DNA of 64,000 nt from the NCBI RefSeq assembly GCF_009834535.1, contig NC_045696.1, positions 94,924,001-94,988,000 on the forward strand, in the 5' to 3' direction. Each line of letters starts with the position of its first letter. The stretch's first letter is position 1. The DNA is from Camelus ferus. Taxonomy: Eukaryota. Positions 40,304 through 54,185 of the stretch are shown here, piece after piece. The position numbers and the translations under genes are program-made. The notes under the pieces are model-generated. The model was not told where the DNA came from. It did not search any database and saw nothing but the letters and a program-made list of their open reading frames with translations.

Positions 40304-41416
40304 CTATGCAGAACAAAAGCTCCCCACTCCATAGTTCTAACCATGTGTAATAGAGCGTATGACTTCTAGTATGTTGGGATTTAGGAGGCTTCTCAAGGTC
40401 AAGTATTTTCCTGCATTTTATCAATCTTAGCGCTCTAAGCTCTCACTGTGGTCTTATTTTAGCCATTTCTTTGATTTAACACATAAAGGCTCTTCTTAAA
40501 CCCAGTACTAATAGATGAATACTCAGTAAGTCATTCATCTACTCATTCATGTTGGGGAGAGCATTAGTGGGTGGCCTATAGATCAGTGTTATTTGGGGAC
40601 TTGTTGGAAGAGTGAAGCAGGGAAAGGGCGGTCAGGGGGCTTCCAGGCCCCTCTTGAAATTTCAGGCTGCCTGGAAAAGAACCAAGTAAGGGGAGCAAAG
40701 GAGACATAGGGCTTTTGCCAAAATCAGACCTCACTGGTTCAGCTTCCCACAGGCTGTCCCTGGCCTTCCAGTAAGATGTGACTTGGGCTCAGTTCTGTGT
40801 CTGTACCCAGAGAGATGGAACGCTGTTTGTGAAGTGTGTTTCGGGGGGTGAGAGAGGACAGAGAGGAGAGTAGGAACTGATGCTCCATATTTTGGCACAT
40901 AGGGGCTTTTTTCTTATTATCGTATGTATGGATGTCATTACATAAATGTAGGTGCTTTCCATTATTTCACCTCCACTTATAAAGAGTTGAAAATATCTCC
41001 AAGGTCTTTCCTGGCCTTTCCTAGAGCTTGTGATCTACTCCTATTTTATCATTTTCTTTTCTGGGTCTTGCTCCTTCCTTCTAATGAACAAAGTGGGAGA
41101 AGGACGGGAGAAAGAGGAAGAGGAAGGTGGTAGGATACTGCTTAGTTTTGCGGGACTGAGATGCGGGAGCAAGGAGAGGACCATTTTGGTAATCTCAATC
41201 TCTCTCCTGACATGAAACATCGAGACTTCTACAAAAACGAACAAGTTTACTTTAAAATATCTCAGCAAGCACTGTCTTAAACATCAGAAAATAATATTAT
41301 TTTTTGGTTTATCTAATTTGAAGAAAGGAAAGGAGCACTCTGATATAAAGGTAGAATAACTAATTTTAATGTAATTTTAATACACATAAAAAGATGTGAA
41401 ATCCATCTACTTTGAC

Positions 41417-41529
41417 AACATTTACTGTAACACATCCATTAGTCATTTAAAGTATTATGTATTTTTGTCTAAACATGTCACCAGTGTAAATCCTATCTTT
41501 CCAACAAATGGAAATTGCATTTGATTCAA
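41417..41529 (+). repeat. Dispersed direct duplication, copy 1
   Basis: Aligns end to end with 42920-43031. Confidence 0.9.
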
Positions 41530-42919
41530 CTTCTCAACCATTAAATTTTATTATTATTCATCTGAATTTGCAAGTTTTCTTTTTAAAGATACCATGTCTT
41601 TTTGTGAGCAAAGTAAACTAAATACGGACACCCATGAACCATGTAAGTTAATGAATAAGTTTCTGATATAAAATATATATCATAGCAATTCAAATTCATC
41701 TTGCCTGACCAAAGAAAACATAAAGGATGTTTAGTTAATAAAACATCCTGTAAGAAAATGAGTCATTTATTTTTAAAACTGGTCTGACTTTATGGACATA
41801 ATCATATATTTATAAATACTTCAGAAATGAAGTCATTTGCTCAGCACTTCATATCGAAAATTACATTAAACTGCATTCAGTGAATATAAGTATTATTAAT
41901 AATATGAACAAATCATGAAAGGTTCATCTAAAATGCCAATGAAAATATGCGTCATAATTCTATTTTTCTTACTTTTTAGTTTCTTGAGTTACAAATATCT
42001 AGTACTAGAAACAATACAAGTTGTCCCTGAAAGTTAGTCCAGATTTTTTTTATCAACTATGAATCCCTTTTCAATTGCTGACATATGTTTCTGTTTTATT
42101 TTTAATATATTTCTCCAGAATGAATTTTGGACTTCTCCCTCCCCACTTCTACACAATGTCACATTTACTAATAGGCTAAAAGAATCCACATACTAAATAC
42201 AGTAACCAATCTGAGTTAATTACCCTGTAATGCTCCTGATATGGCTGGCATGATTGAAATATTTTCACTTGCTGCACACTTTTGCTGCAGTGACTCAGAC
42301 GGCAGGCAGCACCACTGAACTTGTGAGATGAGAGACCTCACTTTCTCTTCAAATGGTAAAGAATTCCTAAGTGGATAGAAAGGTCATCTGGCCCTTCCTC
42401 TGGTATAATGACACATAAAGTTAATCATCAGATGCATCCCAGAAGATGCTCTTCTCCAAGAAAACAATCCAGACAGTGTTTATATGTGTATATTTAAAGC
42501 CAAGAAAAGAGAAGCAATGAATATTAATAGACGTCTGTTACATCTTTCAATCTGGTCTCACTAGCCAGACCCCAAGAGCATCAACAAACAGGCCATGAAC
42601 ATGCTCCTCTAATGGCCTGATTCACCACTGTCAACAAAGGTGACACTGAAATCAGGTCAGCATTCCTATATCCTAACACCAGTGGTTTAAAAAAAAAAAT
42701 CCCCTTCTCTTCTGCAGTGATCTGTTTGATTCTGTGTACAGCTTCGTACAGGCTGGGAACATTTTCACTCTTGTAACATTGTATTGCTCATGGAGCTCAC
42801 CTAGTTTCTCTCACTTCTTTGGTTACTCAATCCTCTTAATATTCTAAAGCCTCACAAATCCACCCTGATTCATGAGATCACCCTACCCTGAAGTGGCTTT
42901 CTCTTTCTCAATCTTCTAG

Positions 42920-43031
42920 AACATTTACTGTAACACACACATTAGTCCCTAAAATAATATGTATTTTAGTCTAAACATTTCACCAGTGAAAATCTTCACT
43001 TTCCAACAAATGGAAATTGCATTTGATTCAA
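42920..43031 (+). repeat. Dispersed direct duplication, copy 2
   Basis: Shares aacatttactgtaacaca...gtctaaacat.tcaccagtg.aaatc...ctttccaacaaatggaaattgcatttgattcaa with 41417-41529. Confidence 0.9.
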
Positions 43032-44034
43032 GTTTCTGTCTTGAAGCATATACAGGTTTTGAATTAGAATTTTTTTTTTTCAGTGGTTAAAGAATAATGT
43101 TTTAAACTGGCAATTTAAAGGGAAAAAAGGAGAAGGAAATTTTTGTAGTAATGGTTACTTGTTTTAATTCCTTTATAAGCGTTTGGTATCAGATTCAGGC
43201 TGTCTGATGGAATGAAGCTATATATGAATCACTATATTTAGAGGAAGTTGTACAAAGGAAAAAATGCTGAAGAATTCTCAGAACAACTTCCTGTTTCATA
43301 GGTTTTTGTGTTTTTTTTTTTTTTTGTCTCTGTAAGTGTTTAGGGTTTTGTTTCCCTTCCTTGCTTTTGATGTTTGACTTGTATTAAGTTTCAATCTTTG
43401 TTGTTTAACATTTAGACATTTTGAACATTATTATATTGGTAACTTTGTAAAGAGAGTTATATTTAATTTTAACTTAAACCGAACTTCTAATTATTATTTC
43501 CCATTTTTCACATCAAAACCCCATGGACTAAAATGATTGATCATCAACCTTTTAGTGGTGCACCCATCTCTATTATGGAGAGAAATATTTGAAAGTACAA
43601 TATTTTCACAGATCCTTTCATCAAAAATACAAAACAATCAACAGCTTGATCTCTCAGGTTTCCAATTTGCAGGTTCTAGGAACAAAGTATTCCTAGGAAT
43701 GCTTAACTTTAATAAGTGTACTCTTTAGTTTGCTAAAAACTAAGCCCTGAATTTACAGATTATCAATCGACTTTACAAAGAGTTGACCTCACAAGGGTTG
43801 GCACTCCCGTTATTCAGAAGCAAATTCTTTCCTGCACATAAGGACGCACTTTTCACCAGAGGGGAAAAAAATGAGTAAACGTGCTGTGCAAGTCCTATAT
43901 CTCTCCATTCACCCAGCATTTGTGGAGCATTCATGTCTTTCACCCAAAGGATATAAATGCATTTAGCTGGATTCTATAATCCATGCAGGTGAATACTGTG
44001 CCGTATCTGACATGGAACAGGTTTGAGTTTAGAG

Positions 44035-44670
44035 TTCAGTTCATTCATTTTCAAATATTTATTGTGAATCTGCTCAATTCAAGGCTGTGTCAGATGTGTT
44101 GAGAATGCCATGCTGAACAAGAGGAACCCAAAATTGCCCTCTTTGAACTTAAAGTTCATGGTAGAGGAGGAGACTAAAACCTGAAGGACAAAAAGCAACT
44201 AACCATGCAGAGATGTTGGGGCAGGACATTGCTAGCAAAGGGACAGTAGGGGTAGGAAATGAAGCTACCCTCTAGAGTAGGGCTAAGGTAGGAGTGATCA
44301 CAGTATGTTTGAACAACAGAAAGAAGCCCTGACCACAGAGAACAATCAAAAAGTTTATTCTACTCAGATTGTAGTGGGTAAAACAAAGGATGAGAGTGGT
44401 GGGTAGAGAGGATACTGGGGACAGGAAGGCTTCCATAAAAGAAATTTCATAAAGTGGAACTTCATTAAATGAAAGGTGAGCAGACAGAGGATAATAGAAG
44501 GGAGAGGACATTCAGATGGAAGTGCTACTGGACACAGGCAGAAACACGTGAGACAGAGAGATACATCTCAGGACATGTAAATTGCTTTACATGGCTAGAG
44601 CGTAGAGTGGTAACAAGTGTAGCAGAGTAAGGTACAGAGGAGGGGAGGCAGGCATAAATTAGAATCATCG
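44035..44670 (-). mobile_element. L2 remnant
   Basis: ttcattcattttcaaatatttattg tail and ggaaggcttccataaaaga...agaggacattcagatggaag. Confidence 0.55.
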
Positions 44671-44671
44671 A

Positions 44672-45130
44672 TAATGGCTGCAAATAACAAGAATGTGAAC
44701 AACAGTGGCTTAAATAATTTGGAATTTCATTTTCTATCAACAAGTTTTGTGGTAAGCCCTTGCCAGCTTTGATCCAGCAGCTTAGTTTTATCAGGGCTAA
44801 GGGTAGTGTCCAGGGCTTCCCCTCACAGGATCAATATGGCTGCAGCAGCTCCATCATGTCATCCCTACCCCATGTATCCCCAGTCCCTGGTGCAAGGAAC
44901 AAGGGGTTGAATCACACAGAGAAGAACCTGTTATTTTAGAGTACTTCTTTCTTATCAGGGAGAAAAATTCTTTCCCAGAGACTCTCCAGAAAACTCCCCC
45001 TTATAGCTGGGTAACATGCCCACCTGAGATGAGGAATCAATTTTCCTAAGGTCTATTAAGTCAAGATTTCCTTAGCAAAGAAGAGGGAGGGGAAATACTT
45101 ATTGTGGTGGTAGCCATGGTGTTTGCCAGA
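44672..45130 (-). mobile_element. Old MaLR LTR (MLT1J/K-like)
   Basis: ggctgcaaataacaaga...aacagtggcttaaataa...caatatggctgcagcagctcca. Confidence 0.6.
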
Positions 45131-46329
45131 GCAGGAGTGGATGATGGAAAGTGGAAGCCACGGACTACCTTCAGTGGACAATGGTCCTCTGGCTGAAACC
45201 TCAGGTTATGACAGCTTAATGGTCATCCCATTTTTTGTTTCCTTAAATTTCCCATTTAAAGCGTTTTTGTTGTCATTTGTCCATGGCTTCATTTTCCCCC
45301 CCTACTTTTGCCATCTTTCTGTCTGTGAGTTTTGTGGATGAATTAAGTATTGCCTTAATTCTTTTATTGGTTTTTAAGCTAATAATTCAGATCCAAACAA
45401 TAAGATCCACCAGAATAGAATTCTTTCTAAGCAGTGTTATAATACAGCTTTCTAAGAGACTCTTCTCTTGGGTCACAAATGTAGACAGAAATATCACTAT
45501 ATTACCTTATTAATTATTATGTACACAATGAGTCATATACATATTTATTTTTCTTTCAGGAAAAGTAAAAATGGCTCTCATAAGACAACATAGAAAATAT
45601 AAAGATTGATATCTTAGTTTGCTTTCATAAGCAACATACCTAATGACCTACATTTCTCAGTCAACCAGAAAAAAAAAAAAAGATATAAGACTAACAAGTT
45701 CACTGATGATGGAAATCATTTCCTGCATTTCATTAGCATTGTACTTTTATGCCACATTAAATGAAGGAGTCTAAATACATTCCTGTCTGCTCAGAAAGAT
45801 CCCTCAACTTATGTTACAGGCAATTTAGTTTGGTGCTTGCTTTTTTTGCCTTAAGGAAGAAAAAAAGTGATAAATTCTTATTTCAGAGTTCCTTCTGCAG
45901 TTGAGTATGTTGTCCATTTACTACTTGTAGTTAAGATAGTACTTTTTTTGAAGTATGGACTATAGAAAGACACTGTGCTTATTAACTGAGGTCCATTATG
46001 AATATGCAAGTGAAAGGCTGAATAATGTCCTCTATGAAGTTCTAGCTTGTGGCAGAAACTACAGGAAATGGCTTTGCAACAGTGGGAGTCTGTAATTGAC
46101 CACTTTATTCCCTTTACCATCTAGATTCTACCAAAGATTTCTGGATTCTCCTCTGGTGACCCTTCACTGAGAACATCCACATGACTAGGAATTTCTTAAC
46201 TTTTTCAGTGTGAGGACTTTTTCCTCAGATACCTATACAATGTTCATTTAGTATATATGGGTAAGTAAATACAAAATAAGAGGTTGACGTACATCTAGTA
46301 GTATTTTTAACTGTATTTGCGAACTTTGG

Positions 46330-48290
46330 GTTAAATGTGGCGATATGACCATAGGTGATTATCTCCTCTTCCTCCCAAACACCAGAAAATGGCTTTAAAA
46401 ACTTAAAAAAACAAAAACAAAAACAAAAACAAAAGCCTAAAAAGGATGAAGAGAAAAACAGAAAATGTAATCTCAGAAAAACCACTAGAGTAATTTTTAG
46501 GAAGTAGACTATGATGGAGGAGGAATCACTGACAGCAGAGCAGAGAATGCCAAAAGCTAATTGACCACACGAGGGTGTTTTGATGAGGAACGAGCTTGTC
46601 TACCTCACAAATCCCATGAGAGTGTCTGTATGTGGGGAAGCAGGTAACATGAAAAGTGGAAGTCAGTCTAAAGATTCAACACTCAGAGATTGTTTTAAGT
46701 CTCTTAACTCCTCCACAAATGCACACTAGGAGAAAAAAAATTGTCTCTGGAGAACTTTATTCAGGAACCAGTGAACACAAAGTAACATGGAGAATTTAGG
46801 ATGAAAACAGGGGATAAAATTAGTCTACATGAATCCCCTACTCTACCTGTAGCTCCTTTCCTCAGCCCTGCTTCCAGAATACTTGTTGCTATGTTTATAT
46901 TTGCCTGGCAGAAAATTGGGGAAAAAAAAGGTAAAACTTCTAGATGTTTGGGAGTTTCCTACAGACATGTAGGGGTTTACACTAAGTGAATAAACTAGTT
47001 GAGTCCTATTCCACTGCCCCAGGGGTCTCCTCTACCACCCAGAGCTTCTAATAAGCTTTCTGCACTTGGATCATACATATATCAGTGTTTACTGAAGGAG
47101 TAACATACATGAGAAGAAATCCTTTCCCATGACAAAGAGAGACCAAAGCAAACAAATATTTCAAAAAAAAATCGAACCCAGTTAAAACAGACAAATAGAC
47201 CAAATAATATCACATTCATAAAATAAGAACAGGAAACAATTCTTTGAAAAGCAGTCAGAGAAAAATAAACTGGTAATTAAAGTACCATAAAAAATTATTA
47301 GAAGATTTTATAGAAAATCTATAAGATTTTGTGCTGTTACACACAAGATTTGTTGTGTAACAACAAAGAGATAGAAAATAATAATAAAAAATTTTGAAGT
47401 GCAAGGATTAGTTTAGGTGGCTCAACATACAATTAGGAGAAATTCTAGAGAAAGAGGGAAAAAGAAGAGAGGAAATAGTCAAAGAAATATAGCCCCCCCA
47501 AAATTCCCAAACTGAAAGGCTTGTATTCCCAAACTCAAAGAGCCCATTGAATGTCCAGTAAAATCAATGACATAAAATAATCACACAAAGGCTTTTTATT
47601 ATGAAATTTCAGTATGCCTGAGCTGAAGGGGAAGACTTTAAAACACTCACAAAATAAATATTAATCTGACCAGTTCTAATGTTAGAATCCAAAAGAGTGT
47701 AACAAAAGTATTAAAAATTCTAATGAAATATTGTTTTCAACCTATAATTTTATACCCAGCCAAGGTACTAAGTCAAATGTGAACACTGAATAAAGACACT
47801 TCCAGATATGCAATAATTTTTTTAAATGTATCTTTCTTTCTTAGGAAGCTATCTAAGTTGACAATTCATGAAAAATGAGATATTAAAGCAGGAAACAGAA
47901 GAAGAGGGGATTCAGGGACCAGTGCCTTTGTGATAGGAGAGGAAAAAGGGATCTTTGGGCATGACAAATGTGCTTTAAAAAGATATTAGTTTGTATTGAA
48001 GCAAGAAATAGATACCTGTAGGCAGCAGATCATCAGTTAAAACAAGAAAATAAAGCAAAAATTAAATACCAGGGGATTGTTAGATGCTTTCAAGTATTTG
48101 AGCTTTTGAAAAAAATATTGCTTGGTGTTTGACAGATCTATTAGAACACTTGCAAGAAATAATCAGTGATAACTATTAAAAAGATAAGCAGGTTTAAATA
48201 TAATGAAGTAATAATTACCTTTAATATAAAAAATCATGTAAGAATGACGCCTGATAAACATACACTGTTGTTACAACAGTAATATTTATT
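46330..48290 (+). mobile_element. Old L1/HAL1 5' region with decayed ORF1
   Basis: gaggaaatagtcaaagaaata...aaattcccaaactgaaagg...agagcccattgaatgtccag...ttttcaacctataattttatacccagccaa (cf. ORF1 ENFP, RAH, QPRILYPAK motifs). Confidence 0.65.
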
Positions 48291-48293
48291 TAA

Positions 48294-48648
48294 TGCTATG
48301 GTCTGAATGTTTGTGTCCTCTGAAATTTATATGTTGAAATCCTCATGCCCAATATCATGGTATTAGGAGGTGGAGCCTTTGAGGGGTGATTAGGACTTGA
48401 GGGTGAAACCTTTATGAATGCAATTAATTCCCTTATAAAAGAGGAAGAGAGAGATCCCTGGTTCCTTCTATTATGTGAGGCTGTAGAGAGAAGTTGTCAG
48501 TCGGCATCCCAAAAGGGGACCTTCTAGTAACCTAGCCATGTTAGCATCTTGGACTTCCGGTCTCCAGAACTGGGAGAAGTAAATTCTGTCTTTTGTAGTC
48601 TCACCAGTATGTAGTATATTGTTACAGCAGCCTGAACAGACTAAGAAG
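48294..48648 (+). mobile_element. MaLR solo LTR (MLT1A-like)
   Basis: tgctatggtctgaatgtttgtgtcc...ggtattaggaggtggagcctttg...tgttacagcagcctgaacagactaaga, with flanks tttaa/tataa. Confidence 0.9.
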
Positions 48649-49177
48649 TATAATAAAAAAAAATAATGCAAAGGCTGGCTACTGGTTTTTCACAAGTGGA
48701 AAAAAGGAAGAGTGAGACTGATTAAGAGAACCAAATTCTCAATTACTCTCAATACCCTCAAATGCCTCCAGTTTTCTTAATCCCCTTTTGCTTAGTATAA
48801 TAATTCCATCCCCAGCTATGTTCAGAGACCCTCTATTAAATAAGCCTCCAGAATTCTGCTGAAAATCTTCCTAATACACAGAGAGAGGAAGGATTCTGAG
48901 AGTCTGTCAGTTTCTTAAGCAGACCTTCACCAAATCCTACTGTTTTTTTTAATAACTATATGCCTTATAACCTTCACAGGTATTTGGTGTGATCACTTGC
49001 TAATTTTTTTTTGGAGGGGGTAGATCTGAAGCAAACATTGGGTTGCTATTCTGTGAGCTTAAGCTTTAGCTCTGTTGTGACTAAGCCAGATACTCTTCAG
49101 TCACTTCCTTTCCAAATTCTTAAATTTTTTGTTGCTCTCCTCTATAGTTTGTTTTTCTGTGCTCTTATATGTCAATA

Positions 49178-50730
49178 TCTTTTTTATTTCTAAATAATTA
49201 TAGATTAACAGGAGGTTGCAAAGAAATGTACAGGCAAGTCCTGCGCACACTTCTGCGAGCCTCCCCCAATGTTCACATCTTATGCAACTGTAATACAATA
49301 TCAAAACCAAGAAGTTGGCACTGGCACCATCGATAGAGCTTGTTCAGAACCCATCAGTAATACATGCACCTGTGTGTGTTCCTGTGTATCTGTGCAATTT
49401 ATCACGTTTATAGGCTTGTGTAACTACCACAATCAAAATATGCAGCTGTACCATCACAGGACTCTCTTGTTATACCCCTTTATAGCCACATTCATCCCCT
49501 CTCCTCCCACTCCTAAACCCTGACAACTAATTTGCTATTCATCTCCATAGTTTTGTTATTTCATGAATATTATTTAAATGGAAACATGTAGTAAGTATCC
49601 TTTTGAGATTGGGTTCTTTTTACTCAGCATAATTTCCTCGAGGTTCCTCCAAAAAAGTTGTTGCATGTGTTAATTATACCTTACTTTTTATTGCTGAGTA
49701 GTATTCCATGTTATGGATGTACCACAATTTATTTAACCAGTCATCCATACGCAGAACATTAGAGGAGGCTCCAGGTTTTGGCTATTACCAGTAATGCTCC
49801 TATAAATATTTGTGTACAGATCCCTGTGTGAAGGTAAGTCTTCATTTCTCTGGGATAAATGCCCAAGAGTATAATTGCTGGATTATATGATACCATTTTT
49901 AGGTTTGAAGGAAAGTATGGAACTATTTTACAGAATGGCCATACTAAATTTCTCCACCTCCTCACCAGCATTTGGTATTGTCACTGCTTTTTTTTTTAAC
50001 TTTAGCCATTGTGATAAATGTGTAGTGATATCTCTTTATAGTTTTAATTTACATTGATCAAATTGCTAAATAGTCCAAACATGTTTTTGTGTGTTTATTT
50101 GCCATGTTTATTCTCTTTAATGAAATGTCTGTACATGTCTTTTTTTTTTTTTTTGCTCATTTTCTAATTAGCTGGCTTTTCTTTTCATGCTGAATGTTGA
50201 GAGTTCTTTATATATTCTAGATATAAAGTCTCTGTTGGATAAAATACTTGCAATTTTTTTTCAAGTCTGTAATTTTTATTTTCATCCTTACAACAAAGTG
50301 TCTTGCAGAGCAAAAGTTTTTAATTTTGAAGTGGTCTTATTTATCAAGTTTCCCTTTCATGGATCATGCTTTTGGTGTCAAGTCTAAGAACTCTTTGCTA
50401 GTCTTAACATTTTGAGGATTTTTCTCCTATGTTCTTTCGTAGAAGTTTTATAGTTTTATGTTTTACATTAAAGTCTGTGATCAATTTTTATTAAAGTTTG
50501 TATTAAGTATCAAGTATAGGTCAGGGCTATTTTTTTTTTCTAATAGATGCCCAGTTGCTCCAAAATCATTCACTGAAAAGGATTTCCCTCTTTTATTGAA
50601 TTGCTTTTGCTTCTTTGTCAAAAATTATTTGGGAATATTTGTGGACCTCTTCTGGGTCCTCTGTTCTCTTCCACTGATTTATGTGTCTGTCTCTCCATGG
50701 GTGTCACGCTGTTTTGATTAGTGTGTCAAT
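49178..50730 (-). mobile_element. L1MC-like 3' end and ORF2 fragment
   Basis: ORF 49759-49971 (YNPAIILLGIYPREMKTY...ALLVIAKTW) is the L1 ORF2 C-terminus. The 3'UTR reads tagattaacaggaggttgcaaa...atacaatatcaaaacca. Confidence 0.9.
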
Positions 50731-51164
50731 GCTTTTTAACATTTCTTTCCTGTTTTTTAGCAGGAATTCAAGAGATATTAGAAGTAAATGCATACATTTG
50801 TTGATTTCATTGAAACTACTTTTTAAATATCTTTTTAAATTTATTTTTCACTAGCTGTGATAAATGTGTTAATTTTGTATAATTTAAAAATAATTTATTA
50901 GTATTTAGTTACCAAAACAATCTATAATCTACATATATTTGAAAAATAATATATAGGTCTGTGACATGAATACAAGCATAAAATAAGCCAAATCAGAGAG
51001 GGAAGAATAAATTTTGCTAGAGGTGAGGTGGAGGATGGGGTAAAAGGAGGATTAGGGAGAGTTAACCAGAAGCTGTAACAAGGGGGCTGGGTCTTCCCAT
51101 ATGTAGAGAAAGTGTGAATGAAGGAATCAGTAGTTGGTTCAAAATATTAATTTCAAACATGGCC

Positions 51165-51980
51165 TCAGAGGACTTTCACTTCAAGTCAAGACGGAAAAAG
51201 AGAAATTGGATTTACTCTCCTGCCAAGAAACAACTAGAGATGAAAAAAAAAATGCATGAAACAGTGGCACACACAATATTGGACATCAGCAACCAAGGAC
51301 AGTGATCTGTTGGAACTGAGAAAAAAATGAGTTGAGCCCTAAAATTGCCCTGGCTTCTTGCCTGAAGATTAGGCATAAGGGAGAGGAAACCCAGGCAGAG
51401 CCAGTGGTCCCCCTAAATGGAGGAGATGGAATGGTGAGTCCAGGGAAGCAAAGGCAGCTGGATTTAACAAGGCAGAATCCTGGACATGAGTAATGAGAGT
51501 TGCAGGGAGAGAAAATTCCAGGCATCCGTAGAGCGTTCCCCTCACGGGTTCAACAGATAGCAATCCTCATGTGAGTGGGAGTTCAAGGGAAGAGCCATGC
51601 AGGAGGATTAGGAGTGGGACTGACAGACCATACAGGACCAGAGATAGTGCCTCTACCTGAAGTAGAGAACCTCAAAATTTAGGGGACATTGGCTGGAGTT
51701 CTAAACATGTCTTGCCTCATTGTTGGGGAAATATTCAGCTTAGTTCTCATTCCATCTAACAAAATAAGGCCCGAGAGGATCAGACTATGTCTAGATAACC
51801 ACATGTAGAACAAAAGTCAAGAATATTTATAGGACTATAAAAATACTTAGACACAAAAAGGTTAAATTCACAATATCTGGCAACATCCACCCCCCCTGAA
51901 AAAAAATAGAAGGCATACAAAGAAGCATGAAAATATAACTCACTAGGAGAAAAATCAATCCACTGATCCAAAAATGAAAT
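51165..51980 (+). mobile_element. Old L1M 5'UTR-like remnant
   Basis: gaggactttcacttc...ggatttactctcctgcc...ttggacatcagcaaccaaggacagtgatc...gcatacaaagaagcatgaaaatataac. Confidence 0.55.
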
Positions 51981-52559
51981 TAAGTGGTATAATACCACCG
52001 CCTTACTTCGGTGGTACCCTGAAATATTGAAAGGACTCATGGTAGTTTTCAGTGGGGTGACTAAGCACGGAAATGGTGATAAAATGTAAATGTATGGAAT
52101 TCAGTGGAAGCAAAAGCTTAGTACCTTTAAGCCATCCCAGATATTTGGTAGGATGCTGGTTTTTGTACCTTACCATGAGAAGGGGTTGGGAGAAAATTTA
52201 TTAAAATCTTAAAGCATATGGTAGCCTTGGGAGGCTGGAAGATTTAAGTATGCTGGCAGTTGACTTTTGGTTTCTGCTAGCAAAAATAATTTAATTTTAG
52301 CATGAGGAATACTTTAGTGTGAATAGAGACATGGCACTCGGATTTTGTACCAAGGACTCTAGGGTGATTTAGGGTTTTTTGAGGAGTCCTGAGACTCCAT
52401 CTGAGCCCAAATCAATACTGGACACAATTACATTGTGCTTACAAGTGTCCAAGTAATCTCCTTTTCCTCTCTCTTTGCCTTCATTTAAGAAATAAAGAGA
52501 TAAAATAGGCAATTTTGTTGAATCCAGTCCCTGTTCATTACAGGAAAGACATAAGCAGA

Positions 52560-52990
52560 CATAAACGTGTTGCTTGGAAACTGAGACATAGCCCAGCCTC
52601 CCGTCTACCCAGCTCCATTGGTTGGAAATGGTGGTGTTGAAACTGAAAAGATGCAGCCACTAAGCTTCCTGTGCTTTTACACGGGCTTTGACCTTTGCTG
52701 TCTCACTGTCCTAGCCTGCTCTTGCGGTGTCTGTCAAGGCACCAGCACTCCAGCTGTCATTGCTGCTTTGCCTTTGTGCTCCTATCAGCACCGACTGCAG
52801 GATGGAGCCCCTCACACCACCCAGCACAGCTGGTCTGTAGGATTGTTTAAAGCTCCTCAGTAAACACCCTAGAGGCCACCTAAAACCCACCCAGTAAAGC
52901 AAATGGAATGCAAAACAAAACAAGTGAAACAAACCGCAACAGACTCTGACTGATTCACACATTATCCAACCTGTCCTTAAGTAAACAGTT
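52560..52990. promoter_or_regulatory. Candidate enhancer/promoter-like unique block
   Basis: No recognisable repeat and GC-richer than its surroundings. Motifs: CAGCTG x2 (52751, 52827), GTAAACA x2 (52860, 52981), TGATTCA (52951). Motif evidence only. Confidence 0.3.
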
Positions 52991-54185
52991 TTCTTGCATT
53001 TTAAATGTTAATTTAAAATTTGGGGGAAAAAACACAGTTTTTATCTTTTTTTTTTTTCTTGAAGCTTGAGTTCTGTCCATGATGATAATAAAATTTACGG
53101 TTATTTTGAAGGGCTAATTTAACTAGCCAAGTTGAAAGATTTGATTCAATTGTTAGCAGCTAAGAAATATCGTTTTAGGCCAGAACCACAACATTCTCCC
53201 CTTTTCTAAGTAATAGCAGGTAGAGCTGTGAGGTCTTGGCCAGGCTGGATTAAGGGGCCAGCCAGCTGAGTCCTGGCCCAGGGCACCCACCAGTGAGGGC
53301 ACAGAACAATCACTGTCCCTGCTGGAGAAGGTGTATTTATAGAATGCCCCTCTGTGTGAACGTAATGTAAGGTTGAAAGGACTATTTTGTTAAGTTACTT
53401 GGGAGAGGACAGGTGAGATCCCACAAGGTATTCCTAAGAAGCCTGGCAAAAAGTAAAAGCAAAGCTTTCATTTTGCCCAGCTGGGGTCCAAGTTTGGAGG
53501 CTGAATGTAATTGGAATTGCACCTGACAATGGACTAGAGACAGCCTCCCAGTAGCTGTCTTTTCTCAGTTTTGTTTCCTCTAAGGAACCTAGCCTCAGCC
53601 TTTAGTTCTGTTGAACAAATATGTAAAGAAAAACGGTGTAAGAAGGTGTGTAATGTCTATCGACTGAAGCACAATACTGTTAAGCCACATATCTTGGTCT
53701 TAACACTGGCCTTAAGGAACTCCAACTTTGTATATCCAGCCTTGTATGACGGAAAGACAGAAATACAGGCAAGGTAATATTTAAGTGACTAGATCTTCAG
53801 ATATGAAACCTAATGAATAGTACAAAATCCTGTCTTAGCATAAACAACACAGTGCAGGTGCTCAGTATTTACCTTCTCAATAGGCTCATTCCACCTGTTC
53901 TAACAGCCTGCCTAATCCAACTGATACAGAGTAGTAAAATGTTGCCCGATGCGTTTCAACACATCGCCTAACTGCTAGTCATGGTTTATTTGCAAATGGA
54001 GAAATATCTTTGAGGCAGGAAGTTAGTGAAGAAGTTAGGAAAACCAGAGGCCTCTTTTCTACAGAAATCAGAAGGAAAATAAGTTCCAAAATTCATGGAT
54101 TGTCTTAGAGTCCAGGAAGGGATAGGCTGTGCTGCAACAAAGAGCAGGACCTACGCGTGTACTTACTCACTCACCTAACACGTGC

